From contig OZ024742.1 of the NCBI GenBank assembly GCA_964016885.1, positions 152,954,001 to 153,018,000 of the forward strand: DNA of 64,000 nucleotides, read 5' to 3'. Made by a program: the position numbers and the translations under genes. The DNA is from Eledone cirrhosa (taxonomy: Eukaryota). Positions 14,172 to 28,556 of the stretch are shown here, one piece after another. The notes beneath the pieces are model-generated. The model was not told the origin of the DNA. It did not search any database and saw nothing but the letters and a program-made list of their open reading frames with translations. Every line of letters starts with the position of its first letter. The first letter of the stretch is position 1.

Positions 14172-14172
<1 letters not shown>
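13395..14172 (+). mobile_element. Non-autonomous Helitron
   Basis: 5' TCTATATATTAA; 3' hairpin CCGGGC-GAA-GCTCGG (14146-14160) then CTAG; inserted between A and T; Arg/Glu-rich remnant (NSELQRRRR / NAELQRRRR) like RepHel N-termini. Confidence 0.8.
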
Positions 14173-14240
<68 letters not shown>

Positions 14241-14278
14241 TATATATATATATATATGTAAATATATATATATATATT

Positions 14279-14630
14279 TCGTTTCTGAATTTGTTTAGCA
14301 AGATTCTTTCTCTGAAATCGTGTGTTGAGACCGATATTGTTATACTTTGGGAGGGTCATGTTGCCAATAAGAAACACATGCACCAGTTGCTTTCACTTCA
14401 ATTTATTATATATTTATAAATTTATGAATTTACAAATCTACAAACCTATAAATTTAAATTTCTGGTTGGTTGGTTGGTTCCACAACCAGATAGTTGTTTA
14501 TATATAGTCATAGTCCTTAAATTTATAGGTTTATAGATTTGTAAATTTATAAATTTATAAATATATAATAAATTGAAGTGAAACACTGGTGCGTGTGTTT
14601 CTTATTGGCAACATGACCCTCCCAAAGTAT

Positions 14631-14637
<7 letters not shown>
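14279..14637 (-). mobile_element. Family G cassette: direct arm with tail 14279-14514, inverted arm 14517-14637
   Basis: Matches 20781-20985; inverted arm ends at TATAACAAT. Confidence 0.8.
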
Positions 14638-14710
<73 letters not shown>

Positions 14711-14727
14711 GCTTATATATATATATA

Positions 14728-14798
<71 letters not shown>

Positions 14799-14867
14799 GC
14801 ATTTATATATATGTATATATGCATATATATATGTATATATATGCATATATATAAATATATACATACA

Positions 14868-14902
<35 letters not shown>

Positions 14903-14991
14903 GTATGTATATATTTATATATATGCATATATATACATATATATATGCATATATACATATATATAAATGCATATATATATATATTTGTGAA

Positions 14992-15208
14992 GGCGTGTGG
15001 CTGAATGGTTAGTGAATTGGATTCGCAATCGTAAGGTTGTGAGTTCGATTCCTGGACCAGGCGATGCGTTATGTCCTTGAGCAAGACACTTTATTTCACG
15101 TTGCTCCTTCTACCTGGAGTTGCGACCGATAGATAGTATTAGCAATTGGAAAGACCAACGGAAACATTGTTCCCTCGGTCCGATTTGACGAAAGTCGATC
15201 GTTCCTTT
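14992..15208 (+). mobile_element. tRNA-derived SINE
   Basis: A box TGGCTGAATGG (14998-15008), B box GAGTTCGATTCC (15041-15052), then a TGTCCTTGAGCAAGACACTT core typical of metazoan SINEs; no tRNA acceptor stem. Confidence 0.8.
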
Positions 15209-15487
15209 ATATATGCATATATATATATATATGCATATATATATATATATATATATATATAAATGCATATATATATATATATATATATATATTCATATAT
15301 ATATATATTTATATGCATATATATATATATATATAGATATATATGCATATATGTATATATATATGCATTTATATATATGTATATATGTATATATATATAT
15401 GTATATATATATATATGCATTTATATATATGTATATATGCATATATATATGTATATATATGCATATATACAAATATATACATACATA

Positions 15488-15524
<37 letters not shown>

Positions 15525-15623
15525 GTATGTATGTATATATATGTGTGTATATATATATATGTATATATTTGTATATACATATATATGTGTATATATATGT
15601 ATATACAAATATATACATATATA

Positions 15624-18108
15624 TCTATATATATAAAGGGAAGATGGACATTGTTTAGTGTACCGTACTTGCCTGCTACACCGTTCATCCAATTTTCATG
15701 AAACCTCACACATATATAAACCTCAACGCGTAGAGTGGAATAGGCTACTTGAAGTTTTCGAAAAATCGATAATCGGGCCCTATGACAGAATGTTTGTCGA
15801 TTCCAATGAAATTTTATGTGAATTCGAACACAAGAACTCTTAGTTTACATCTGGCGCAATAAAAATAAATTTCATATGCCCATATAAGGACGTGCGTTAT
15901 TGATTGGGCGGCCAGCTGCATATCTTCCCAGCTGTCTCATTAAACGACCGACCATTAAAGAGTTTCTTTTCATATTCCACCTTATTCAAGTCGAAATACA
16001 GTATTATCCCTATCTGAAAAGGGAACCAAATTTAATGGTGTCTTTTGTGAACCTAAAAGCTGTGAGTAAATTTTCAAACAGTCTTAAATAATCATGCTTT
16101 TTGAAAAATAAATTACTAAATAATACGTTGAGCAAGTTGTGTTGTACACATACAATACAAGTAAAACAATTTACGTCGTACTAATATTTTCCTTTTTTAA
16201 ACAAAAGATTCTAAAAAATTACTTAATTTATAATACAGTCTTTTGCACAGTAAGTGAGTAACTTTTCGGGTGTTTAAAGGTAAGTTCACCAGGGTTTGTG
16301 TCTTCATTATTAGCCCACCTCTAATGGCATTTTTTGTTCTGCTTACGACTAAATGTTATGAGCGTATTTGTAATTAATTGCGCACACGTGCACATCTGCA
16401 TGCAGATAGACACTGACAGCCAATAAAAAATCGATAACTTGCTTATTAAGATATCGGTCAAAAAGAGAGATTGAATGTACTTTAGAACATTTTTTGAATA
16501 TATTGTTCTTTTTGGCATGATATGTCAGAAATATGACTACTATACACTTTGGTTATTTTTTGTAAGTAAAAAACGGTTCCTTTTGGGGGGATACTGAACG
16601 AAAAAAATCCTAGGGTTTTGGACAAGTTTGTTTCAGGCGGTGTATAGACGCCTATTTTGTCACACCTTGGTCATGAATTCGTATTCATTTCCAATAAATA
16701 GTTTCCGCTCTATAAGGCGTATCATTTAAAATCAGATCCGCGCAACGGCGTGTAAGACCAACCAGAAAATGCTATCTTCTTTACTTTTAGTCTAGATTTA
16801 TTACTTCTGTTAGAGCCGTGATTGATTACCATTGTATTATTTATACATAAGGCTCACCGGAGTATAAAGCGCAGAGCTGTTTTTTTATTAAATTATTTTA
16901 AGTGCAATTTATAGACGGGAAAATTCGGTAAGTTATTGTAATCATATTTCCAAACCTTCCCATTCACCAGTAACCATGCTAACGAATCTGGTATCATCTC
17001 TCTCTGTATTTAATCACCTCTCTCTAACCTAACAGATTCGTTACACGTCGTTATGCCCACACGGAAACGTTCAAGACTTACCTCCAAAAAAGGTACAGCT
17101 ATTGCTTTGAGACAACGAATTAGGCGTTCTCAGGTATGAGTTCATTCACAATTGATTAATCCTTTATGCAATATTCTCCCTTGTACTGCGTTTATCCTAA
17201 CTGTCACCACTTTTAAGCAACTACAACATTCTAATCGTAGTTATATTAAATTTATTGTCTTACCTTGATTCCCTTTTGTTCATGTTAGACTTTTCTCATA
17301 TACTATTGACACTGCCATTGACTTAGCTAACCAGTAGAATTAATTAATTTTCACTAGGAAACACCTGCTGAGCGCGAATCTCGACTCGCTGTTAGACGTC
17401 TTTCCCGGCTGGTTGAGTCAGCAACATCACGTATGACAAGGCTTGCTGATGTTCGCCTTCGTCGCCAACAAGCGCTGACGGAGGAATCACCAGCATCCCG
17501 TCAGACGAGGCTTGAGGCTGTGGCAAAGCGCAATAAACCTAGATACAATTTTGATCAACTTTTTTTCACCTATAGCAAATTTACCGGGACAGGTTTTTAG
17601 CTACTCAAATCTACTTCAGAGATCACGCATTAATGTAAAAAATCAATAAAACTGAAGCGGGGCTCGACTTTGCGCAAAAAAACAAGGCAAAGTTACACAT
17701 GGGAAAACCTTTTTACACGAACGTCCTATATTCTTGAAAACTGTCACAAAAGACTCGCCATTATGCCGCGGTTAAGATAAAGGCCCTTTTAATTCTTCTT
17801 CTGCACATGTGAGCGCAAAAATTGTAAAAAAAAAAAAAACCCTGAAAGTAATCGACATTTTCACCCTGCTTTAATTTAACTGAACATTCAATATCAAGCG
17901 ATTTTGACTTCCGTCAGTCGTGCAGAGAACAATTTCAACGATACACTGTGTAACTACAATTAATAAATTACACACCTGTGTCTACTAACCAATTTTTTTC
18001 CATTGAAGTTCGAAGTTTTGAACCTGTGATGCGCGGGAAGTAACTTTCACACATTCTAACAGACCAAAGGTCGACTGACACCCGGGCAACGCCGGGTACT
18101 TCTGCTAG
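15624..18108 (+). mobile_element. Non-autonomous Helitron (2.5 kb)
   Basis: 5' TCTATATATATAAA; 3' hairpin ACCCGG-GCAACG-CCGGGT (18080-18097) then CTAG; inserted between A and T. Confidence 0.85.
17053..17600 (+). CDS. Spliced 107-aa basic ORF with STPR-like repeats (Helitron RepHel N-terminal remnant); exons 17053-17133 and 17358-17600
   Basis: MPTRKRSRLTSKKGTAIALRQRIRRSQ, then a CAG|GTATGA...CACTAG phase-0 intron, then ETPAERESRL..ESATSRMTRL..EESPASRQTRL...GF*. Confidence 0.6.
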
Positions 18109-18150
18109 TATATATATACACACATATATATACATACATATATATATATA

Positions 18151-18190
<40 letters not shown>

Positions 18191-18251
18191 CATATATATA
18201 CATATATATATGCATATATACATATATATAAATGCATATATACATATATAC

Positions 18252-18298
<47 letters not shown>

Positions 18299-18370
18299 TA
18301 TATATATATATATGCATATATATATATATATATATATATAAGCATATATATATACATATATATATATATA

Positions 18371-18467
<97 letters not shown>

Positions 18468-18472
18468 GTATA

Positions 18473-18551
<79 letters not shown>

Positions 18552-18578
18552 GCATATATATATATATCTATATGCGTA

Positions 18579-18611
<33 letters not shown>

Positions 18612-18616
18612 TATAT

Positions 18617-20708
18617 ATTAAGAACTATAAACAAATCTAAGAGCAGAATCCCTAGAAATAGAAAAACGCTCATCAGAAAAATTAAGAGAACGAACAAAAA
18701 AATCAACAAGCTGAAATACTGTCAGCAGCAACACATCAACTTGACTGCCATTTCATCACTAGAGATTAAAAAACATAACCTCCAAAACAACATAATGTCC
18801 CTCATCAACAATCAGAGAAGAGCTGAAGAGGCCTGGGCCATTGAGAAGATCAAACTCAATCCCAAAGTGTTCTTTTCATTTGCAAAAAAACACAAAATCA
18901 CTGGCTCTACTGTTGGCCCTCTAATTGATGAAAATGGCACTCTTCAAGACAATGCTAAAACCATGGGTGAGATACTGCAGAAACAATACTGCTCTGTTTT
19001 CAGCAATCCTGATATGGCCGATCTGGGCTGTATCGGCGATGTTACTCCCCATTACACCTTATCGGACATAACGTTTGGCGCCCCTGATGTCTTGGCGGCA
19101 ATAAAGGAAATCAAGCATAATTCAGCAGTAGGTCCCGATAGGTTCCCTGCTTGTGTCTTGAAGGCGTGTCAACACCAACTTGCATCTACTCTTGCCAATC
19201 TGTGGCGGAACTAACTGGATGCTGGATATGTGCCAGAAAACCTTCTATCCCAGTCTGTTGTCCCAGTTTTCAAGAAGGGAAACAAATCCCTTGCCGTGAA
19301 TTACCGTCCAATCTCACTCACCTCTCATATCATTAAGGTATTTGAGAGAGTGGTGAGATCGCGAATGACCCACTTCCATGAGAGTAACAATATGCTGAAC
19401 TCCAACCAGCATGGATTCCGTAATGGAAGGGATAGCCTGACGCAGCTACTGCATCACTTTGATGACATTTTGAGAGCCTTGGGAGAGGGTTCCAACACTG
19501 ATGTTATCTACCTTGATTTCAGCAAGGCCTTTGACAGGGTTGATCATAACATTCTACTGAGAAAGCTGTCCAATATTGGTGTCACTGGAAAGCTGCTGCA
19601 GTGGATCAAGAGCTTCCTGTCAAACAGAACCCAACATGTTGTAGTTGAGGGAGTCAAATCAAGCCCAGCCAAAGTCAGTAGTGGGGTCCCAGAAGGCACT
19701 GTGTTGGGCCCACTTCTCTTCATCATCTATATTAATGACATCACTGACATCATCAAACATAGCAACATTAAAATTTTCGCTGATGATTCCAAGCTCCAAA
19801 AGGTCATCAATGGCGTGGATGACCGGATAAGCCTTCAGTCAGACCAACTGGCTGTTACCCAATGGGCAGAAAAGAACAACATGTTACTGAACGAAGACAA
19901 ATTCGAACTGATCCACTTTGAAAAAGAGGATGCTCTGAAACTCCCGTACTCCCTTTCCTCCGGGGAAACTCTCGTGGCATCTAACAACATCGGAGACTTG
20001 GGAGTAACCGTGGACAGCAACATAAGCTGGACCACGCATATAAGCAGCAAAGTTGACATGGCCCGCAGAATGTGTTCCTGGATCCTCAGAACCTTCCAGT
20101 CGAGAGATTCCCGCACCATTATCCTTCTCTTCTCTACTTTTGCCCGACCACACCTTGAATACTGTTGTCCACTTGGTCTCCCCACACGAAACAAAGTATC
20201 ATGAAACTTGAAGCTCCTCAAAGGGCAATCACGAAAAAGATAGATGGCATGTCAGACCTTGACTACTGGGGTCGATTAGAAAACCTGAAACTTTACTCAC
20301 TCCAACGTCGCCGTGAGCGTTATATTATCTGCATGATGTGGAAAATGTTCCATCATCACTGCCCAAATGATGTTGGCATCGCCTTCAAGATACACCCAAG
20401 GCTTGGGCCCCGTGCTATCCGTCCCATTCAAAAATCTAAATCGCAACTCATAACAACAATACGGCACAATTATTTCATCTCAATCGGCCCTGCTCTCTTC
20501 AACATCACACCAGGACACGTCAAAACAGAAACTGACCACACACAATTCAAGAAGTCTTTGGACAAATTCCTCCAAGTAATCCCGGACAAACCACCCACAC
20601 CCGGATATGTCTCCGCAAACAGTAATTCTCTTCTCGAATGGGCCATGGTGCCCAAATCCTGAATTGAAAGACTTCGCCAGGTGGTGCTAAAACATTTCAA
20701 AGTTATTT
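18617..20708 (+). mobile_element. LINE family A, copy 1, 5'-truncated (RT half of ORF2 plus 3' UTR)
   Basis: RT motifs NYRPISL, YLDFSKAFD, GVPEGTVLGP, FADD; stop at 19212-19214 and frameshift near 20175. Confidence 0.95.
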
Positions 20709-20715
20709 AAAGTTA

Positions 20716-20746
<31 letters not shown>

Positions 20747-20780
20747 GTATATATATATATGCATATATATATATATATAT

Positions 20781-21177
20781 CGTTTCTGAATTTGTTTAGC
20801 AAGATTCTTTATCTGAAATGGTGTGTTGAAACCGATATTGTTATACTTTGGGAGGGTCATGTTGCCAATAAGAAACACACGCACCAGTTGCTTTCACTTC
20901 AATTTATTATATATTTATAAATTTATAAATTTCTGGTTGGTTGGTTGGTTCCACAACCAGATAGTTGTTTATATATAGTCATAGTTCTTTCGTCACACAC
21001 TCTGTGACCTCTTCAGTGACTGGGGGTTCCTTTCTTTGTTTCTGTGCCTCTCCTTTGTTCTGTCCTACGCCATTTTGTTTCTGTGTGTATGTTGTGTGCT
21101 CAGTCTGCGCATGCGCCACATCCGGGTGTCTGTGTGTGTTTATGTTCATTTATTTATTTGTTTATTTACATGTTACT
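20781..21177 (-). mobile_element. Family G element, direct arm with tail
   Basis: Homologous to 10519-10860 and 14279-14514. Confidence 0.8.
20977..21021 (-). ncRNA. Minimal hammerhead ribozyme, family G
   Basis: agtca CTGAAGA g-gtcaca-gagtg-tgtgac GAAA gaac TA tgact. Confidence 0.7.
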
Positions 21178-21178
21178 G

Positions 21179-21212
<34 letters not shown>

Positions 21213-21630
21213 GTATTGTTATAATTGGGGAGGGTAATATTTGTGTAATATTGCCAGAATTAATAACAGAACACACTCACTGTTTGGTTGGTTTTCGCTT
21301 CTCGCTTCTGTGTCTTTTATATCGGTAATCTAACTTACTCGGTCCTCGATGTTGCCATTGACTGATCGACGGTCAAAAATAATACAGATACAATATAGAC
21401 ACAAACACATATATATATAGTTTATCATAAATCTTTCGTTGCACATCTGCAACATCGTCAGTGGTGCTATATTTTCTTCCTGTTGCATTGTATGTCTACG
21501 CCATTTTTATTTGTTCTGTTATTAACTCTGGCAATATTACACAAATATGACCCTCCCCAAGTATAACAATATTTGTTTCGACACAGGATTTCATATAAAA
21601 AACCTCGCAAAACTAATTCATCGCCGCTAT
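21213..21630 (+). mobile_element. Family G2 cassette: inverted arm 21213-~21510, direct end plus tail 21511-21630
   Basis: Matches 47732-48297; shares the ACCCTCCCCAAGTATAACAAT end motif with family G. Confidence 0.8.
21423..21466 (-). ncRNA. Minimal hammerhead ribozyme, family G2
   Basis: cacca CTGACGA t-gttgca-gatg-tgcaac GAAA gatt TA tgata; stem I is weak. Confidence 0.6.
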
Positions 21631-21841
21631 GTATATATATATGTATATATATATTTATATATATATATATGTATATATATGTATATATATATATGTATAT
21701 ATATGTATATATATATGTATATATATATATGTATATATATGTATATATATGTATATATATGTATATATATATGTATATATATATGTATATATATGTATAT
21801 ATATATGTATATATATGTATATATATGTATATATATGTATA

Positions 21842-21882
<41 letters not shown>

Positions 21883-22071
21883 GTTTATATATATATATGT
21901 ATATATATGTATATATATGTTTATATATATATATGTATATATATGTATATATATATATATATATCTATATATATGTTTATATATGTATATGTATATATAT
22001 GTATATATATATATATGTATATATATGTATATGTATATATATATATGTATATACATATATATGTATATATG

Positions 22072-22166
<95 letters not shown>

Positions 22167-22201
22167 GTATATATGTATATATATATATATATGTATATAT
22201 G

Positions 22202-22290
<89 letters not shown>

Positions 22291-22857
22291 GTATATAAGG
22301 TTAATATATATCTGAGGGTACAATGTACCCCCGGAAATATATAGTGTGTCTATGATTTAAGGTGGCTCTATGGTAATAATTTGATATACCAGAACTTAAT
22401 ATCAAGATAAGCAGAACAAGTAAAATTCAACCAATTTTTCAAAATAAATGAAAATTAATAATTTTAATTGTATATTAATTTTGATTTATTTTGAAAAATT
22501 GGTTGAATTTTACTTGTTCTACTTATCTAGATATTAAGTTCTGGTATATCAAATTATCACCATAGAACCACCTTAAATCATAGACACACTATATATTTCC
22601 GGGGGTACATTGTACCCTCAGATATATATTAACCTTATTCAACATCTTCCAGTATGTAGAGAAAAATCTTGTCGTTCTATTTAGTTGCTAAAAATCTTTT
22701 TTAGTAGCGATCACAGACGGCTAGTCTACGATTTCCCGCCTTCACTATACACCAATGTATTTACGGGTCATTTTCACGACCTTTCAGACCTGTATTAGTT
22801 GGAGTGAGTTCATATATTTTGTCGTTCCTGGGGTTTTTAACCCTAGGACAGGAAAAT

Positions 22858-22938
22858 GCTTCTCTGATGATCGTTGCTTTTCCATTAATATCCTCGTGAT
22901 ATCTAATGTTTTGCACCGTGAAACTGTACAGTTAGGGC
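22858..22938 (+). ncRNA. Type I hammerhead ribozyme, family F
   Basis: ttct CTGATGA tcgttgc...gcaccgt GAAA ctgtacag TT aggg; palindromic stem III ACTGTACAGT. Confidence 0.75.
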
Positions 22939-23382
22939 CATTTGAATAGGTAAATATTTATATTATATTTTTTAATTTTGATTAATTTTAATTGTATATT
23001 AATTTTGATTTATTTTGAAAAATTGGTTGAATTTTACTTGTTCTGCTTATCTTGATATTAAGTTCTGGTATATCAAATTATTACCATAGAACCACCTTAA
23101 ATCATAGACACACTATATATTTCCGGGGGTACATTGTACCCTCAGATATATATATTAACCTTATTCAACATTCTCCAGTATGTAGAGAAAAATCTTGTCG
23201 TTCTATTTAGTTGCTAAAAATCTGTTTTAGTAGCGATCATAGACGGCTAGTCTACGATTTCCCGCCTTCACTATACACCAATGTATTTACGGGTCATTTT
23301 CACGACCTTTCAGACCTGTATTAGTTGGAGTGAGGTCATATATTTTGTCGTTCCTGGTTTTTTAACCCTAGGACAGGAAAAT

Positions 23383-23464
23383 ACTTCTCTGATGATTGTT
23401 GCTTTTCCATTAATATCCTCGTGATATCTAATGTTTTGCACCGTGAAACTGTACAGTTAGGGCA
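23383..23464 (+). ncRNA. Type I hammerhead ribozyme, family F, second monomer
   Basis: CTGATGA at 23389, GAAACTGTACAGTT at 23445. Confidence 0.7.
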
Positions 23465-23582
23465 ATGTGAATAGGTAAATATTTATATTATATTTTTTAA
23501 TTTTGATTAATTGTATATTAATTTTGATTTATTTTGATAAATTGGTTGAATTTTACTTGTTCTGCTTATCTTGATATATATG

Positions 23583-23613
<31 letters not shown>

Positions 23614-23832
23614 ATATGTATATATGTATACATGTATATATATATGTATATATGTATACATGTATATATATATATATATATATATGTATTTATGTATATA
23701 TATATATATATGTATATATGTATATATATGTATTTATGTATATATATATATATATGTATATATGTATATATATATATGTATATATGTATATATGTATATA
23801 TATATATATGTATATATATATATGTATTTATG

Positions 23833-23867
<35 letters not shown>

Positions 23868-23906
23868 ATATATATATGTATATATGTATATATGTATGTA
23901 TATATG

Positions 23907-23959
<53 letters not shown>

Positions 23960-23988
23960 GTATGTATATTTATATATATATATATGTT

Positions 23989-24045
<57 letters not shown>

Positions 24046-24050
24046 TTATA

Positions 24051-24231
<181 letters not shown>

Positions 24232-24236
24232 GTATG

Positions 24237-24267
<31 letters not shown>

Positions 24268-24820
24268 GTATGTATATTTATATATATGTATATATATATA
24301 TGTATGTATATTTATATATATGTATATATATATATATATATGTAAATATATATATATATATATTACCTTATTAATTTTAACTGCTCCTAGTTTGAGCTGC
24401 AAGCCGCCTCATATATACGACTGTTATTTCTAGCAGTACGGTTTTGAGACTAGTTAGATACTGTAAAGCCATGTGCGTCACGCAGTCTTTTAAATTATTT
24501 AGAAGTGAAGCATATATATTTGTCTCTGGATGTTTAATGAGGAGAGCGGGAAATGATATTCCTACACTTATTTAACTCGAAACATATTTGGATCTTAAAG
24601 TCTAAACTTATCTACGGAACAGGTTTGATTTTGAAATTTAAATGTGTCTAAACATCACGGCCTCTTGGCAATACAGTTCGTCTCCGTTTATTTATTATTT
24701 TAAATCGATATGGACAAACTGTAATATAATAATTAGTATACTTCAATCTGGCTAAATTTTTCTTTTGCAATATATATACAGATGTGTTGGTATCTTTGTT
24801 TCATCACATACATATTAATT

Positions 24821-25090
<270 letters not shown>

Positions 25091-25133
25091 GTATATATAT
25101 ATATGTGTGTATATTTATATATATATGTATGTT

Positions 25134-25167
<34 letters not shown>

Positions 25168-25215
25168 TATGTAAATATATATATATATGTATATATATAT
25201 ATGTAAATATATATG

Positions 25216-25250
<35 letters not shown>

Positions 25251-25305
25251 GTATATATGTATATATATGTATACATGTATATATATATGTATATATATAT
25301 ACATG

Positions 25306-25376
<71 letters not shown>

Positions 25377-25501
25377 TTATATATATATATATGTATGTAT
25401 ATATATATGTATGTATATATATATGTATATATATATATATATGTATATATATATGTATATATATATATGTATATATATATATATGTATGTATATATATAT
25501 G

Positions 25502-25536
<35 letters not shown>

Positions 25537-25537
25537 G

Positions 25538-25588
<51 letters not shown>

Positions 25589-25652
25589 ATATATGTATAT
25601 ATGTATATATATATGTATATATGTATATATATGTATATATGTATATATATAA

Positions 25653-25711
<59 letters not shown>

Positions 25712-25837
25712 GTAGGAGGTGAGTTTTATTGTAGTACAATAAAGCAATGCAGATATCGGATAAGAAGCACTCTACAGTTTGTAGGACTGGAGTATGCATA
25801 ATATAAGATCAAAAGATGGTTAAAGGAGTTCAATGTA

Positions 25838-25904
25838 TTTTATTATGCGCATTTCAAAAACAAACATCATCATGCAATAATATTTGTGTTTTCATCAGAT
25901 AAAA
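25838..25904 (-). ncRNA. Hammerhead ribozyme, family C
   Basis: Reverse complement of the 9746-9812 motif. Confidence 0.85.
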
Positions 25905-26034
25905 CAGGAGAACATGATATGAAGGCTAAAAAACACTTGTGGATAGTGCAGTTTTAAAACAACATATCAATATATGTTGATTTAAACCTGCACTATCCAC
26001 AAGTGTTTTTTAGCCTTCATATCATGTTATCCTG

Positions 26035-26101
26035 TTTTATCTGATGAAAACACAAATATTATTGCATGATGATGTTTATTTTTGAAATGCGCATAATAAA
26101 A
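26035..26101 (+). ncRNA. Hammerhead ribozyme, family C
   Basis: ttttat CTGATGA ... GAAA tgcgca TA ataaaa. Confidence 0.85.
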
Positions 26102-26133
26102 TACATGGAACTCCTTTAACCATCTTTTGATCT

Positions 26134-26139
<6 letters not shown>

Positions 26140-26203
<64 letters not shown>

Positions 26204-26626
26204 ATATATCTATATATGTATACATGCATATATATATGTATACATGTATATATATATGTATATGCATGTATATATATATATTTGTATATATATATATATA
26301 TATATGTATGTATATATATAAATATATATGTATATTTATGTATGTATATATATAAATATATATGTATATTTATGTATGTATATATATAAATATATATGTA
26401 TATATATGTATGCATATATATAAATATATATCTATATATATGTATGTATATATATAAATATATATGTATATATATGTATGTATATATATAAATATATATC
26501 TATATATATGTATGTATATATATAAATATATATGTATATATATGTATGTATATACATAAATATATATGTATATATATGTATAAATATATATGTATATATA
26601 TGTATAAATATATATGTATATATATG

Positions 26627-26675
<49 letters not shown>

Positions 26676-26692
26676 GTATGTATATATATATG

Positions 26693-26725
<33 letters not shown>

Positions 26726-26726
26726 G

Positions 26727-26783
<57 letters not shown>

Positions 26784-26844
26784 ATATATATGTATATGTA
26801 TGTATATATATATGTATATATATATATATATGTATATATATATG

Positions 26845-26923
<79 letters not shown>

Positions 26924-26988
26924 GTATATATGTATATATATATGTATATATGTATATATATGTATATATGTATATATATATATGTATA

Positions 26989-27043
<55 letters not shown>

Positions 27044-27126
27044 GTATGTATATTTATATATATATGTATATATATATATATGTATGTATATTTATATATA
27101 TATGTATGTTTATATATATATATATT

Positions 27127-27183
<57 letters not shown>

Positions 27184-27200
27184 ATATGTATATATATATG

Positions 27201-27235
<35 letters not shown>

Positions 27236-27248
27236 GTATATATATATG

Positions 27249-27329
<81 letters not shown>

Positions 27330-27358
27330 GTATATATATATGTATATATATGTATATA

Positions 27359-27407
<49 letters not shown>

Positions 27408-27414
27408 GTATATA

Positions 27415-27489
<75 letters not shown>

Positions 27490-27860
27490 ACATGTATATA
27501 TATATGTATACATGTATATATATATGTATATGCATGCATATATATATATTTGTATATATATATGTATGTATATATATAAATATATATGTATATTTATGTA
27601 TGTATATATATAAATATATATGTATATTTATGTATGTATATATATAAATATATATGTATATATATGTATGTATATATATAAATATATATCTATATATATG
27701 TATGTATATATATAAATATATATGTATATATATGTATGTATATATATAAATATATATGTATATATATGTATAAATATATATGTATATATATATGTATATA
27801 TATATATATGTATATATTTATATATATATGTATATATCTATATATATGTATCTATATAAA

Positions 27861-27937
<77 letters not shown>

Positions 27938-28030
27938 GCATGTATATATATATATATATGTATGTATATATATGTATATATATATATGTATATATATATA
28001 TATGCATGTATATATATATATATATGTATG

Positions 28031-28061
<31 letters not shown>

Positions 28062-28062
28062 G

Positions 28063-28144
<82 letters not shown>

Positions 28145-28159
28145 GATACATATATGTAT
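26140..28159. repeat. Complex (TA)n/(TATG)n microsatellite
   Basis: Direct observation. Confidence 0.95.
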
Positions 28160-28160
28160 G

Positions 28161-28189
28161 CAGTTGAGCAGTTGAAGTATAAGGACGTG
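28161..28189 (+). promoter_or_regulatory. Candidate internal Pol II promoter of the LINE (Inr-like CAGTT, DPE-like GGACGTG)
   Basis: Motifs at the extreme 5' end, as in TATA-less LINE promoters; spacing is slightly short. Confidence 0.4.
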
Positions 28190-28556
28190 TTTTTACTTCT
28201 CTCCCCGAGTAAGCAGCAAGTCACACAGCCACAAAACAAAACCACAAAACAAAACCAAACAAACAAAAATTGACCGGTTAATACATTTACATACATCTAT
28301 ATTATTATATATTTGAAACCACGTGTTTTCTAACTTGTGAGTACATTTTCCTTTAACTACAAATTATTATTATATACTTTTGTCTTTTCATTAATTTAAT
28401 TAATTTCAAATAACCAGAATATATATATATATATATACTCATATTTATATATATACTCTTCTCACTCACACACAAGAAAGACAAAAAACAAAAATAAATA
28501 AAAAAAATATATATATATTGAAATACTTAACTAAAACACACACACTCAAAACTAGA

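Larger units (their letters stand above)
22296..23575 (+). repeat. About 2.1 tandem copies of a ~520-bp HHR-bearing monomer (starts ~22466, 22990, 23509), preceded by an inverted copy (22296-22460); family F
   Basis: Direct alignment by eye; 22296-22460 is the reverse complement of ~22473-22638. Confidence 0.9.
25711..26140 (-). mobile_element. HHR palindromic cassette, family C: tail 25711-25798, arms 25799-~25968 and ~25972-26140
   Basis: Arms differ at about 5 positions; HHR on each arm. Confidence 0.9.

Noticed and set aside
14992-15062. tRNA gene
   Set aside because: A and B boxes are present, but there is no acceptor stem and it continues into a SINE core
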